Assembly (NCBI RefSeq): GCF_000283555.1
Contig: NC_016012.1
Coordinates: 1,140,001-1,172,000, forward strand
Source of the DNA: Candidatus Arthromitus sp. SFB-rat-Yit
GTDB lineage: Bacteria > Bacillota > Clostridia > Clostridiales > Clostridiaceae
Direction of reading: 5' to 3'
DNA length: 32,000 nt
Part shown: positions 18,864-28,461 of the stretch, in pieces
How the letters are laid out: every line of letters starts with the position of its first letter
Numbering within the stretch: the stretch's first letter is position 1
The notes under the pieces: generated by a model
Databases searched by the model: none
Told to the model about the DNA's origin: nothing
What the model saw: only the letters and a program-made list of their open reading frames with translations
Made by a program: the position numbers and the translations under genes

Positions 18864-20012
18864 TTATAAATTTACACCATTTAAATAATGCTCGAATAGC
18901 TCTTCATTCATCTTTGCATTAAAATTTAAATAAGCATATTTATCGATTATCTTATTTTGGTAGATAAAATTAAGTGCAAGATTCTTAACTTTATCAAACA
19001 TATCTAAATCCACCTTATACTCATTTAGATTATTCATTGCTCCATAGTTATTTTTATACTTTAAAAACAAATTTAAATCTATATTAATATAAGAATATAG
19101 ATGCATTATAGAATACCTCTTTCTTATCTCGTTTATAAAAAATTCAATCCCGAGAGCATCTATTGTGTGTCTTGGAATAGAAAACACACTTTCAATTAAA
19201 TTACCATAAAAATATAAAATACCATATCCAAATTCATCTATAAGTTTAGATACAGAAATACTACATTTCAATACAGTTTCTCGAAATAATAAACTATCCC
19301 CAAACTTTTCCCCATTTTCCAAAATTGTTTCCGCATCTCTTAAAATATTGCTAGCGAACTCTTTATGTTCCTTATCTACCCTATCATTTAAAATAATATC
19401 TACTAAATTCGCAATTACCGAAAACATATAGTACATTGTATAATCTAGAGAAGAAGCCGTTGCAATCTTTGCATCCAAAACTATCTTATCTATCTTACAC
19501 ATCTGATCTCCAAATATCGTAACTTGAGAAGAATCACTATCTATTAATTTAAAATATCTATGACTTTCACTTCCTCCTCCTGTTGTAGGAATAAAAATAC
19601 TCTCTTTAAGTCTTCCATATTTTAAAAACATTTTGTTTTCTTCAAGCTTATGTAAACTATCTATATTTCTATTGTTATAAAAAACTGTGATAGCTTTTAT
19701 AAGATCAGACAAAAAATCCTCACCAATACCAATTAAAGTATCAATTTCATATTTTTCCATAAAATCAACAATGTTAAATATACCTTTTATAGATTGATTT
19801 GATTGATCTCCTCCTTTGATTTTAAAATTGTGTATTCTTGCATTAGAAGATTTAAGCTTAATTATTAGATCATTAAGTACAGAATCTTTTTCATCAAAGT
19901 CATATGTGATAATCATAACAATTCTATCTGACATATCTATACTCTCTAAAAAATTTTTATAGCTATTAAATATTTCTTGAGATTTCATAGATTTATCCAT
20001 AATTAAATTCAT
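18864..20012 (-). CDS. Divergent iron-containing alcohol dehydrogenase-fold protein
   Basis: IDTLIGIGEDFLSDLIKAI and IFIPTTGGGSESHRYF align by eye with the GxGGGSxxDxAKAI and IPTTxGTGSE motifs; ATASSLDYTMYYMF replaces ATSGxDAxTHAxE. Confidence 0.6.
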   Translation of the reverse strand: MNLIMDKSMKSQEIFNSYKNFLESIDMSDRIVMIITYDFDEKDSVLNDLIIKLKSSNARIHNFKIKGGDQSNQSIKGIFNIVDFMEKYEIDTLIGIGEDFLSDLIKAITVFYNNRNIDSLHKLEENKMFLKYGRLKESIFIPTTGGGSESHRYFKLIDSDSSQVTIFGDQMCKIDKIVLDAKIATASSLDYTMYYMFSVIANLVDIILNDRVDKEHKEFASNILRDAETILENGEKFGDSLLFRETVLKCSISVSKLIDEFGYGILYFYGNLIESVFSIPRHTIDALGIEFFINEIRKRYSIMHLYSYINIDLNLFLKYKNNYGAMNNLNEYKVDLDMFDKVKNLALNFIYQNKIIDKYAYLNFNAKMNEELFEHYLNGVNL

Positions 20013-20070
20013 AAACTCACTCCCATCTTAATTTAATATTCTCAAGTAAAGTAAGTTTTATAATAAAAAA

Positions 20071-20096
20071 TGCTATCTTAAATAATTAAGACAGCA
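20071..20096. terminator. Hairpin with flanking A/T tracts
   Basis: TGCTATCTTAA-ATAA-TTAAGACAGCA flanked by A6/T5. Confidence 0.7.
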
Positions 20097-20099
20097 TTT

Positions 20100-20723
20100 T
20101 TATATAATATCCAAAATTTCAATTAAATTTTCTATATAGTAATCCGCATTCATCTCGAGTATTTTATCCTTCATGAAACTATATAAAACACCACAAGTTT
20201 TACTTCCAGCATCACGCCCACTTATAATATCATAAATTGAATCTCCAACCATAAGTGCCTCTTCAGGGGATACAGATAAACTATTACAAGCACTTAAAAC
20301 TGGTTCCTTATGAGGTTTATGATTTTTAACATCATCACTTGTAACAATAACATTAAAATAATCCTTAATTTCCAAAAGTTCAAGTGCCCTAAGAGCCGTG
20401 CTCTTATTTTTAGAGGTTACAATACCAGCTTTGCATCCTCTTTTATTTAATTCTCCAAGCATCTTTTGTGTATTATCATATATAGAAATTCTTTCATCAT
20501 GATATTTAAGATTAAATTTTCTATAAACATCCACGGCTTCATCAACATTATCAAAGAATTTACTCATAGTCACAAACAAAGGCTCTCCAAACCATGAAAT
20601 AATTTCATTTCTATCAGGGTATTCATTTTTTAAAATCTCGAAAGTATGTTCAAATGATTCTATAATTAACTCATTTGTATTAATCAGCGTTCCATCCAGA
20701 TCAAATAAAACTGCTTTTATCAT
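20100..20723 (-). CDS. HAD-family phosphatase, PpaX/phosphoglycolate phosphatase-like
   Basis: MIKAVLFDLDGTLINTNELI...GIVTSKNKSTALRALELLEI...VGDSIYDIISGRDAGSKTCGVLY. ORF track start (20915) is too far upstream; ATG at 20723 is preceded by AAAAGGGGG. Confidence 0.9.
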   Translation of the reverse strand: MIKAVLFDLDGTLINTNELIIESFEHTFEILKNEYPDRNEIISWFGEPLFVTMSKFFDNVDEAVDVYRKFNLKYHDERISIYDNTQKMLGELNKRGCKAGIVTSKNKSTALRALELLEIKDYFNVIVTSDDVKNHKPHKEPVLSACNSLSVSPEEALMVGDSIYDIISGRDAGSKTCGVLYSFMKDKILEMNADYYIENLIEILDII

Positions 20724-20909
20724 AAAAATCCCCCTTTTAATTCTAATATAACTAAATTTTAACATTTTATATTTATAAAAACAATAAAAGTTTAATTTTT
20801 TTAATACTAAACATCTTTTCTGTGCATAATAACAGAAAAGATTTTTTAATATGATTTTCAGTTTTATCAATATAAGAAAATAAAAAACCAATATAAGGAG
20901 GTTATTACT

Positions 20910-22640
20910 ATACAAAAGATATTTTTAAATAGTTTAAAAGGAAAATCCTTAATCAAGAAAATGCTCCTCCAAAATTTTGTAACAATGATAATTATGATTA
21001 TATGTTCGGTATTCATATTCTTAAAAATCATGATAGGAACATCAGATAAGATATTTATAAATTATTATAAAGATATCCTCCAATCACTCAACTATGATTT
21101 GGATATAAATACATATAAAAGATTTATAGAAAATCCTACCAAAGCATCATTAGAATACAACAGTCTCTTTGAATACCTAAATAGTTATTCAACTACATTG
21201 GATATAAAAAATATTTATATCTCAACAATAAATGAAGAAACAAACACAGAATTTCTTCTCATTCATGGTTCGGACAAATCCGCATCAATTGGAGATACTA
21301 TATCATCAAATTTAGGAAATAACGCTTTTAAATTAAAAGAAGTCAAATGTGCAAGAGTTAACAATAATAACCCAAATTATAGTTTTTACTCACCTATATT
21401 AAATGATTTTGGTAACCCCATAGGATTGATTGCGTTTAAAATACCAGTATCTACATTAAGTAATCTTAATTCACTTAAATTTATTGATAATATACTTTTA
21501 ATAATTTTATCTACTATACTTTTCATAATTCTTTACATTTATATATCGACTATAATGCTTTGGAATATATTTAAGCCTATTTACATTATCAAAAATCAAG
21601 TTATAAGTTTATCGAATAAAATTCTATCAATAAATAGAAATATTTCATTTCCAACGTATGAATTTAACAAAATACAACAATTACTAACCAAAAGTATTGA
21701 TATCATCAAAAAATTTATATTAAACCTTATAATTTATCTTGAATATGTAAAATTTTCTATTGCCAAAACAAAGGTAAAATCAATTGAAATTACTCATAAA
21801 ATAAAATCAACAATTTCAAATATAACAAGTGTTTCTAAATCAACGGAAGATATTAATTCAAAAGTCTATATCTTAAAAAATGATATCAAACATTTTTCTG
21901 ATAATATTCTTGAAATTAAAGATGAAATTAAGGAAACTCTGAGCTCAAATGTACTAGCAACAAATATGTGCCAAAACAACAACAATCTACTTAATATATT
22001 CCTTATGGAAATTTCAACACTCATTAAAAAGTTTAAAGTAGAACAAATTGAATGCAAAAAATTAAAGTTCTTATCAGATAAAATTAACAAAATATTATCT
22101 AACATATTAAACATAACTAACGAAACAAAACTACTTTCTTTAAACGCTTCAATCGTTGCAATATCTGCAGGAGAACACGGTAAAAGTTTTGGTGTAATTG
22201 CAAAAGAAATTGGAGAATTATCACAAAATATCATAAAATCAACTAGCTATATACAAAAAACATTAATAAAAATCAGTGACACCATAAATGCGTTAAATCA
22301 AGAATCAATAGAAATTTTTGAGTCATTCAAAATTCATTCTGAAAATTCAAAAGCATTTATCTCAAATTTATCTGAAATGTATACTTCAATAAAAAACATT
22401 ACTAACTTCTTAAAAAACATATCATATTCTACAGATAAAATTAGCAACAAAAATAACCTGCTTATAGAAAGTATTACAAGCTTAAGTTCAAACTCATCGT
22501 ACAATTTAAATTCTGTAAAACAAATAGAAAATTTAATTACAAAGATAAATGACAACACACTGACTTTCAAAAATAGTTTTGATTCTTTAAGTGATAATAT
22601 AAACCAAATAAAATCTGAACTCAATAAATTCAAATTATAA
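20910..22640 (+). CDS. MCP-like signal transducer with extracellular sensor region; possible AUA start
   Basis: Sensor region between two TM segments, ITNETKLLSLNASIVAISAGEHGKSFGVIAKEIGELSQN signalling domain. AAGGAGG at 20895-20901 lies 8 nt before in-frame ATA (20910); first ATG is 20961. Confidence 0.75.
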   Translation: MQKIFLNSLKGKSLIKKMLLQNFVTMIIMIICSVFIFLKIMIGTSDKIFINYYKDILQSLNYDLDINTYKRFIENPTKASLEYNSLFEYLNSYSTTLDIKNIYISTINEETNTEFLLIHGSDKSASIGDTISSNLGNNAFKLKEVKCARVNNNNPNYSFYSPILNDFGNPIGLIAFKIPVSTLSNLNSLKFIDNILLIILSTILFIILYIYISTIMLWNIFKPIYIIKNQVISLSNKILSINRNISFPTYEFNKIQQLLTKSIDIIKKFILNLIIYLEYVKFSIAKTKVKSIEITHKIKSTISNITSVSKSTEDINSKVYILKNDIKHFSDNILEIKDEIKETLSSNVLATNMCQNNNNLLNIFLMEISTLIKKFKVEQIECKKLKFLSDKINKILSNILNITNETKLLSLNASIVAISAGEHGKSFGVIAKEIGELSQNIIKSTSYIQKTLIKISDTINALNQESIEIFESFKIHSENSKAFISNLSEMYTSIKNITNFLKNISYSTDKISNKNNLLIESITSLSSNSSYNLNSVKQIENLITKINDNTLTFKNSFDSLSDNINQIKSELNKFKL

Positions 22641-22663
22641 TTTTAAAAATTGGAGTAAAACTC

Positions 22664-24454
22664 ATGAAACAATCAATATTTAAAAGGAATTTTTTATTAA
22701 AAGAATCCACTCTAAAGTTTAATTCTATAAAAATTAAAGTCTTAATAATAAATTTGTTATTATTTTTCATATTGTTTTTGTTTTTTCAAAAGTCATCTCT
22801 ATATGTTATAAAAGCATCATCTCTTAACTCTATTAATACATTTGGAGAAACTCTCTTGAAAAACTTTACATCATCCTTCGATATAAATTCATACATTGAA
22901 TTCATACAAAACCCTACTACATCGAATTATAATTATAACAAATGTGTGCAATCAATAAAAAATTTCAAAAAATATGTTGGTGCTCTATTTGTTCATATAA
23001 TAACGATTGATAAATCAGGTAGAGAAGTTATGCTTATTGATTCAAGTGAAGAAGAGCTATATCTTCCTCCCGGATATATCCTTAGAGATAAACCATATGA
23101 AATTGTTAGTAAGACTTTTAAACAGGGAAATTTTATAGGCGCTCAATACATAAACAACTCTTGGGGTGAGTATCTCTCATTTTATTATCCATTAAAAAAT
23201 AGCAATACAGGGAAAGTTATTGGAATTATAGGCATGGACTTGGATCTCAAATATTTTAACGAAATTCAGGAAATAACTAAAAATAAAATTGAATCATTTA
23301 TAATTAAATTTTCAACTTCATTATACTTATTAGCACTCTTGACTTTAATAGTCTTTATATTTAAGTTTTCTTCTCCTATAAAAAATATTGAGATATTTTT
23401 AGATAAAATATCCCAAGGAAATTTATCTGAAAAATTAGAATATTACAATGAAACAAATGAATTTTCATCAATACAAAATATTTTTATATACATGATTGAA
23501 AATACTAAAAAGATTTTAAAATCCGTAATATCAACATCAAAAGAAATTCATTCAACTTTCATAGATATAGAATCAAAAAAAACAGACATTGTATCCAAAA
23601 TTTCAAATATCAACGAATTAACTTCTACAATTTCTAAATCAAATGAAAAAATACTTTTAAATACAAATAATGTTAAAAATGAAATTTTCTCTTTCAATTC
23701 TTCAATTAGTAAAATGATAAAGGAAATATTTGATACAAAAGAAATCTCTGAAAATACAAAAAAAATATATAAATGCAATTCTGAAAAAATCGAATCATTC
23801 ATTTTAGAAATTGAGCCACTTATTGAGAAATTTGAAAACTTTAGAGCAAAAACTATAATATTAAACGAACTCTCAAGCGAAATAAAACAGATATTAAAAG
23901 AGATTCATGATATTGCAACACAAACTAAACTCCTCTCATTAAATGCATCAATCGTTGCAGCATCAGCCGGAGAACATGGCGATGGATTCGCTGTTGTATC
24001 ACAAGAAATAGGTGATTTATCTTATAAAAGTAGCCAATCAGTATCAACAATACAAGACACTTTAGCTACTATAATTAAAATAATATCATTCATGAATACA
24101 GATACAATAACAACTTCAGCAATTCTCAAAGAACAGGCTATAAAATCATCAATATTCTCTAAAAATATTTCATCAATAAATAAGTTAATAGAGAAGATGT
24201 CATTATCATTTGAAAGTATCTCCGAGAAATCAACTATACTTTCAGATAAAAATGATTTAATGCTATCGTCAATAAAATATATAAATGACAATTCAAAATC
24301 TAATAACTTTTTATTAAAATCAATATCTAAATCAACTAAACAACTTTCAGATATATCAGAGTACTTCAAAATAGAATTTAAAAAGATTAATAAATATATA
24401 AAAAATATCCGAGATTCATATAAAGTATTTAAAATCAAAAAAGAAGAAGAGTAG
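22664..24454 (+). CDS. MCP-like signal transducer (paralogue) with sensor and HAMP regions
   Basis: SSPIKNIEIFLDKISQGNLSEKLEYYNETNEFSSIQNIF HAMP-like; IATQTKLLSLNASIVAASAGEHGDGFAVVSQEIGDLSYKSSQ. Confidence 0.85.
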   Translation: MKQSIFKRNFLLKESTLKFNSIKIKVLIINLLLFFILFLFFQKSSLYVIKASSLNSINTFGETLLKNFTSSFDINSYIEFIQNPTTSNYNYNKCVQSIKNFKKYVGALFVHIITIDKSGREVMLIDSSEEELYLPPGYILRDKPYEIVSKTFKQGNFIGAQYINNSWGEYLSFYYPLKNSNTGKVIGIIGMDLDLKYFNEIQEITKNKIESFIIKFSTSLYLLALLTLIVFIFKFSSPIKNIEIFLDKISQGNLSEKLEYYNETNEFSSIQNIFIYMIENTKKILKSVISTSKEIHSTFIDIESKKTDIVSKISNINELTSTISKSNEKILLNTNNVKNEIFSFNSSISKMIKEIFDTKEISENTKKIYKCNSEKIESFILEIEPLIEKFENFRAKTIILNELSSEIKQILKEIHDIATQTKLLSLNASIVAASAGEHGDGFAVVSQEIGDLSYKSSQSVSTIQDTLATIIKIISFMNTDTITTSAILKEQAIKSSIFSKNISSINKLIEKMSLSFESISEKSTILSDKNDLMLSSIKYINDNSKSNNFLLKSISKSTKQLSDISEYFKIEFKKINKYIKNIRDSYKVFKIKKEEE

Positions 24455-24477
24455 TTATTAACAACTACTCTTCTTCT
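24442..24477. terminator. Shared bidirectional terminator
   Basis: Perfect 15-bp inverted repeat AGAAGAAGAGTAGTT-attaac-AACTACTCTTCTTCT between two convergent genes; plus-strand stop codon lies within the stem. Confidence 0.75.
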
Positions 24478-24480
24478 CGA

Positions 24481-25620
24481 CTATGCAAATATAGATAAAA
24501 GCACGCCAGCTGCAACAGCTGATCCTATAACTCCAGCAACATTTGGTCCCATTGCATGCATAAGCAGAAAATTTGACGGGTCTTCTTCCACTCCTATTTT
24601 ATGAACAACCCTAGCAGCCATTGGAACAGCACTAACTCCAGCAGCTCCAATCATAGGATTAACCTTACCTTTTGTAAATACACACATTATTTTCCCAAAT
24701 ATAACTCCAAATGCCGTACCAAATACAAAAGCTATAAGCCCTAAAATTATTATCTTAATCGTACTAAACTGTAAAAAACTTTGGGCTGTTGCAGTAGCTC
24801 CAACCGTTATACCAATAAATACCGTAACTACATATAAAAGTGCATTTTTAATGTTCTCAACTAATTGAGGAACAACTCCACTCTCTTTTATCAAATTCCC
24901 AAACATCAGCATACCAACTAATGTTATAGAACTAGGTATAATTAATGCTGTCAATGCCGTTACAATAATAGGAAATATTATTTTTTCGGTTTTTGAAACT
25001 TCTCTTAATTGAACCATCTTTATCCTACGTTCTTTTTTACTCGTAAGAAGTTTTATTATAGGGGGTTGAATAACAGGTATAAGTGCCATATAAGAGTATG
25101 CTGCAATCGCAATTGATCCTAATTGATGCGGTGCAAGTTTACTTGTTAAATATATTGCAGTAGGTCCATCAGCTCCTCCTATAATTCCAATAGATGCTGA
25201 TTCATTTACACTAAATCCTAAATACATAGCAATTAGAAATGCAACAAAAATTCCTATTTGTGATGCAGCTCCAAGTAAAAAATTCTTCGGACTTGCTATT
25301 AATGGAGCAAAGTCAATTGATGCTCCAATAGCCATAAAAATTAGTGGAGGAAATATTCCAAGTTTAACTCCCTGATATAAAATATATAAAAGCCCACCTT
25401 CATCCATAAGACCCTCTCCAACAGGAACCGGAAAATTGACTAAAAACATACCAAAAGCAATAGGTAGAAGAAGATATGGCTCATACTTTTTAAATATAGC
25501 AAGATACATAAACACCAACGAAATCAATATCATTATCAAATTACTAGGATTCTCTATTAAAAATTTAATTCCCGAAACACTATAAAGATTATATATCATA
25601 TCTAAAAAATTAATATTCAA
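24481..25620 (-). CDS. oadB: Sodium-ion-translocating decarboxylase beta subunit
   Basis: GMFLVNFPVPVGEGLMDEGGLLYILYQGVKLGIFPPLIFMAIGASIDFAPLIA, NESASIGIIGGADGPTAIYLTSKLAP, LLMHAMGPNVAGVIGSAVAAG. Confidence 0.95.
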   Translation of the reverse strand: MNINFLDMIYNLYSVSGIKFLIENPSNLIMILISLVFMYLAIFKKYEPYLLLPIAFGMFLVNFPVPVGEGLMDEGGLLYILYQGVKLGIFPPLIFMAIGASIDFAPLIASPKNFLLGAASQIGIFVAFLIAMYLGFSVNESASIGIIGGADGPTAIYLTSKLAPHQLGSIAIAAYSYMALIPVIQPPIIKLLTSKKERRIKMVQLREVSKTEKIIFPIIVTALTALIIPSSITLVGMLMFGNLIKESGVVPQLVENIKNALLYVVTVFIGITVGATATAQSFLQFSTIKIIILGLIAFVFGTAFGVIFGKIMCVFTKGKVNPMIGAAGVSAVPMAARVVHKIGVEEDPSNFLLMHAMGPNVAGVIGSAVAAGVLLSIFA

Positions 25621-25633
25621 ACATACATCTCTC

Positions 25634-25993
25634 CTAACTTATAACTAGCAACACATCTTGATTATTTACATTTTTACCTTCAGATACAAATATATCACTA
25701 ACTACACCTGAAACTGGAGAAAGTATTTCATTTTCCATTTTCATAGCTTCAAGAATCAATAATACATCTCCCTTTGAAACTCTATTACCTTTAGAAACTT
25801 TTATTGATAAAATACTTCCTTGCATAGGTGCTTTCACAATTTCACCATTTCCTTCAATCTTATCACTTTTTATGGCATTTGAAACAATATCATCTCTCCT
25901 TGATGTTTCTGTTAAATTTCCTTCCTTATTTTCAACAAGCTCAACCTCTACTTCATAAGCCTTACCATTAACTTTTATTCTATAAACTTTCAT
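25634..25993 (-). CDS. Biotin carboxyl carrier protein of decarboxylase
   Basis: MKVYRIKVNGKAYEVEVE...LLILEAMKMENEILSPVSG; start refined to ATG 25993 behind a G-rich RBS. Confidence 0.92.
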   Translation of the reverse strand: MKVYRIKVNGKAYEVEVELVENKEGNLTETSRRDDIVSNAIKSDKIEGNGEIVKAPMQGSILSIKVSKGNRVSKGDVLLILEAMKMENEILSPVSGVVSDIFVSEGKNVNNQDVLLVIS

Positions 25994-26009
25994 GATGCCT
26001 CTTTCCCCC

Positions 26010-26315
26010 CTACAACCTTTTAATGCTCTTAATTCTGACTCTCTTATTATTTTTTTCATCAACTAAATCAATGGATGCAACAAAAGCTGCAATTAACATA
26101 TTTTCATCATCTATATCTTCAAATCTAATTTTATGGTTATCTTCTATATGTTTTTTTACTTCACGCACATATTTTTCCTTGTCACTGATTTTATTATTAC
26201 TATACAAAAAAATCTTAACTAAATTTACTCCTAATGAAATAACCATCAAAACAATAAAAACTATTAATATACAAAATATCGAAAGTATTACTGCATCTTT
26301 AATACCAATATCCAT
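26010..26315 (-). CDS. OadG/gamma-like small membrane subunit
   Basis: One N-terminal TM segment, C-terminal DDENMLIAAFVASIDL; located between alpha and biotin carrier genes. Confidence 0.75.
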   Translation of the reverse strand: MDIGIKDAVILSIFCILIVFIVLMVISLGVNLVKIFLYSNNKISDKEKYVREVKKHIEDNHKIRFEDIDDENMLIAAFVASIDLVDEKNNKRVRIKSIKRL

Positions 26316-26333
26316 ATAAATCCCTTCCTAATT

Positions 26334-27716
26334 TTAATTAAACTCTAAATTTATATTAATAACTTGATTATCATTTTGATTATATTTTTTCTCCAAAAAT
26401 TTTTTTGATATCTGTGGAAATAAAATATAACTTAACACATCTTCATCACTTCTCGTAAAATCTGATGACTCTTCTTTTATCCTCAAAAACTCATCTTGAA
26501 GTAAATCCGCAGGTCTACAAGTTATCTCCTCTCCATCCTTTAAAATTTTATCTTTTAAATCTTTACTTATCTCATGTGGGGGACGACCATACAATCCTTT
26601 AACATAATCTTTTATTTCTTTTGATATCATCCTATACTGCTCTCCACTTAAAATATTCATAACAGCTTGAGTTCCAACCATTTGGGAAAGTGGAGTAACA
26701 AGTGGTGGATATCCTAAATCTTTACGAACTTTAGGTATCTCATCTAAAACTTCTTCGAACTTATCTTCTGACCCTTGTGCTTTCATTTGATTAATCATAT
26801 TTGAAATCATTCCTCCAGGCAATTGCGTTTCAATTATCTGAGGATTTATAAAATATGACTTAGGAGTTAATACTTCAGATTTTAAATATTTCTCCCTTAT
26901 AGGCTTAAAATAATCTGCTATTTCTTTTAAAGAATCATACTTAACATCGCATTTATGTTCTGACCCTAAAAACGTTTTAACTATCGACTCTGTAGGCGGC
27001 TGACTCGTACCTCCTCCTAAAGTTGATATAGCAGTATCAATTATATCTACACCTGCTTCAATCGCTTTTAAATAAAGCATCTCTCCAACACCACAAGTTG
27101 AATGAGTATGTAATTCAACTGGAATAGAAATATTTTCTTTAATATCTCGTATAAGCTCATATCCATTATAAGGTAACAAAATTCCCGACATATCCTTAAT
27201 ACAAATTGAATGTGCCCCCATCTCCTCAACTTGTTTAGATAAATTTATATAGTACTCATGTGTGTGTACAGGGCTTATAGAATAGCTCATAGCTACTTGT
27301 AAATGAGCTCCATATTTTATAGTTGCACCAATAGATGTTTTCAAATTTCTCAAATCATTTAACGCATCAAATATCCTAATTATATCTATCCCATTTTCAA
27401 TGGATTTATATATAAACCTATCTACTACATCATCTGCATAGTGCCTATAACCTAAAATATTTTGACCCCTAAACAGCATTTGAAGTTTTGTATTTTTAAC
27501 ATTTTCTCTTATACGTCTAAGCCTATCCCATGGGTCCTCATTTAAATATCTAATGCAGGAGTCAAACGTAGCCCCACCCCAAACCTCTAGAGCATGATAT
27601 CCAACATTATCCATTTTATGTAATATAGGCAAAATTTCATCCGTTGTTAACCTAGTTGCTATAAGACTTTGATGTCCATCACGTAAACAAGTTTCAGTAA
27701 TTTTAAACTTTTTCAA
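26334..27716 (-). CDS. oadA: Oxaloacetate decarboxylase alpha / pyruvate carboxylase subunit B-type carboxyltransferase
   Basis: ETCLRDGHQSLIATRLTTDEILPILHKMDNVGYHALEVWGGATFDSCIRYLNEDPWDRLR; lacks an appended biotinyl domain. Confidence 0.92.
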   Translation of the reverse strand: MKKFKITETCLRDGHQSLIATRLTTDEILPILHKMDNVGYHALEVWGGATFDSCIRYLNEDPWDRLRRIRENVKNTKLQMLFRGQNILGYRHYADDVVDRFIYKSIENGIDIIRIFDALNDLRNLKTSIGATIKYGAHLQVAMSYSISPVHTHEYYINLSKQVEEMGAHSICIKDMSGILLPYNGYELIRDIKENISIPVELHTHSTCGVGEMLYLKAIEAGVDIIDTAISTLGGGTSQPPTESIVKTFLGSEHKCDVKYDSLKEIADYFKPIREKYLKSEVLTPKSYFINPQIIETQLPGGMISNMINQMKAQGSEDKFEEVLDEIPKVRKDLGYPPLVTPLSQMVGTQAVMNILSGEQYRMISKEIKDYVKGLYGRPPHEISKDLKDKILKDGEEITCRPADLLQDEFLRIKEESSDFTRSDEDVLSYILFPQISKKFLEKKYNQNDNQVININLEFN

Positions 27717-27854
27717 TGTTCCTCCAAACTCCTTTTGCTAAATTTTTATAATTTAGAGTTTAAAACAATATCGTATAGTCACATATTATATAGGATTCCC
27801 ATAATAAAATAAAAAAATAACTAAATTAATTTGTTTACGATTATAACACAAAAA

Positions 27855-27887
27855 GAGCCTACGTAAAACATCGTTATACGTAGACTC
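27855..27887 (-). terminator. Intrinsic terminator
   Basis: GAGCCTACGT...ACGTAGACTC hairpin with T5 on the minus strand. Confidence 0.75.
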
Positions 27888-27897
27888 CTTATTATTT

Positions 27898-28359
27898 TCA
27901 ACTATTTTGTTTAACATAATCAAATAGGTTTATTGATGCACCAATAATTACAAGTAAACCAGGTATTATTAAAGGAATAAGTGAAAGTATACCACCTAAT
28001 ATCATAATGATACATGATGATATTCTCACTTCTTTCCAACTCATAAACGTTCCAACTATCGATAATATAAAACCAACCAACATAATAATAAAAATTAAAG
28101 TTGATATACCCATTGAATAATTATAAAAATTTTCTATCCCTTGTAAAAAATTTATCATTTCAAGTTCAACTAATATTTTTGTGATAAAAGAAGTCATAAT
28201 ATTTTTAGCTAATTTCCCAAATAAAAGTATAAAAAGTCCAGCAAAAAGAAGCATTAATCCTGAAATACTAGATCCAATTAAACCTAAAGTATATGCTAAA
28301 ATCCCTTTTTTTGCTCCTCTATTAACCCTGTGTTGTTTTTCGTATTCTATAATATCCAT
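27898..28359 (-). CDS. Small multi-span membrane protein (DUF4064-like)
   Basis: 153 aa, four hydrophobic segments, GIITSFI..SWKEVRISSCIIMILGGILSLI-type pattern. Confidence 0.5.
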   Translation of the reverse strand: MDIIEYEKQHRVNRGAKKGILAYTLGLIGSSISGLMLLFAGLFILLFGKLAKNIMTSFITKILVELEMINFLQGIENFYNYSMGISTLIFIIMLVGFILSIVGTFMSWKEVRISSCIIMILGGILSLIPLIIPGLLVIIGASINLFDYVKQNS

Positions 28360-28461
28360 ATTTCCTCCTTAAAAACATAAAATAATATATATTTTAACAT
28401 ATACATTCTGCTATATAATTTATTGAAAATGATAATAAAATTAAATTTAATTAATAAACTC

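Noticed and set aside
20724-20915. N-terminal 64-aa extension of the HAD phosphatase
   Set aside because: Hydrophobic low-complexity leader (MYSNNLLILVFYF...) precedes a canonical MIKAVLFDLDGT start with a strong RBS; considered an ORF-caller artefact.
21866-24438. Minus-strand ORFs (21866-22234, 22334-22633, 23548-23802, 24022-24438) opposite the MCP-like genes
   Set aside because: Shadows of AT-rich coiled-coil coding sequence.
26023-26319. Plus-strand ORF opposite the OadG-like gene
   Set aside because: Antisense shadow, low complexity.
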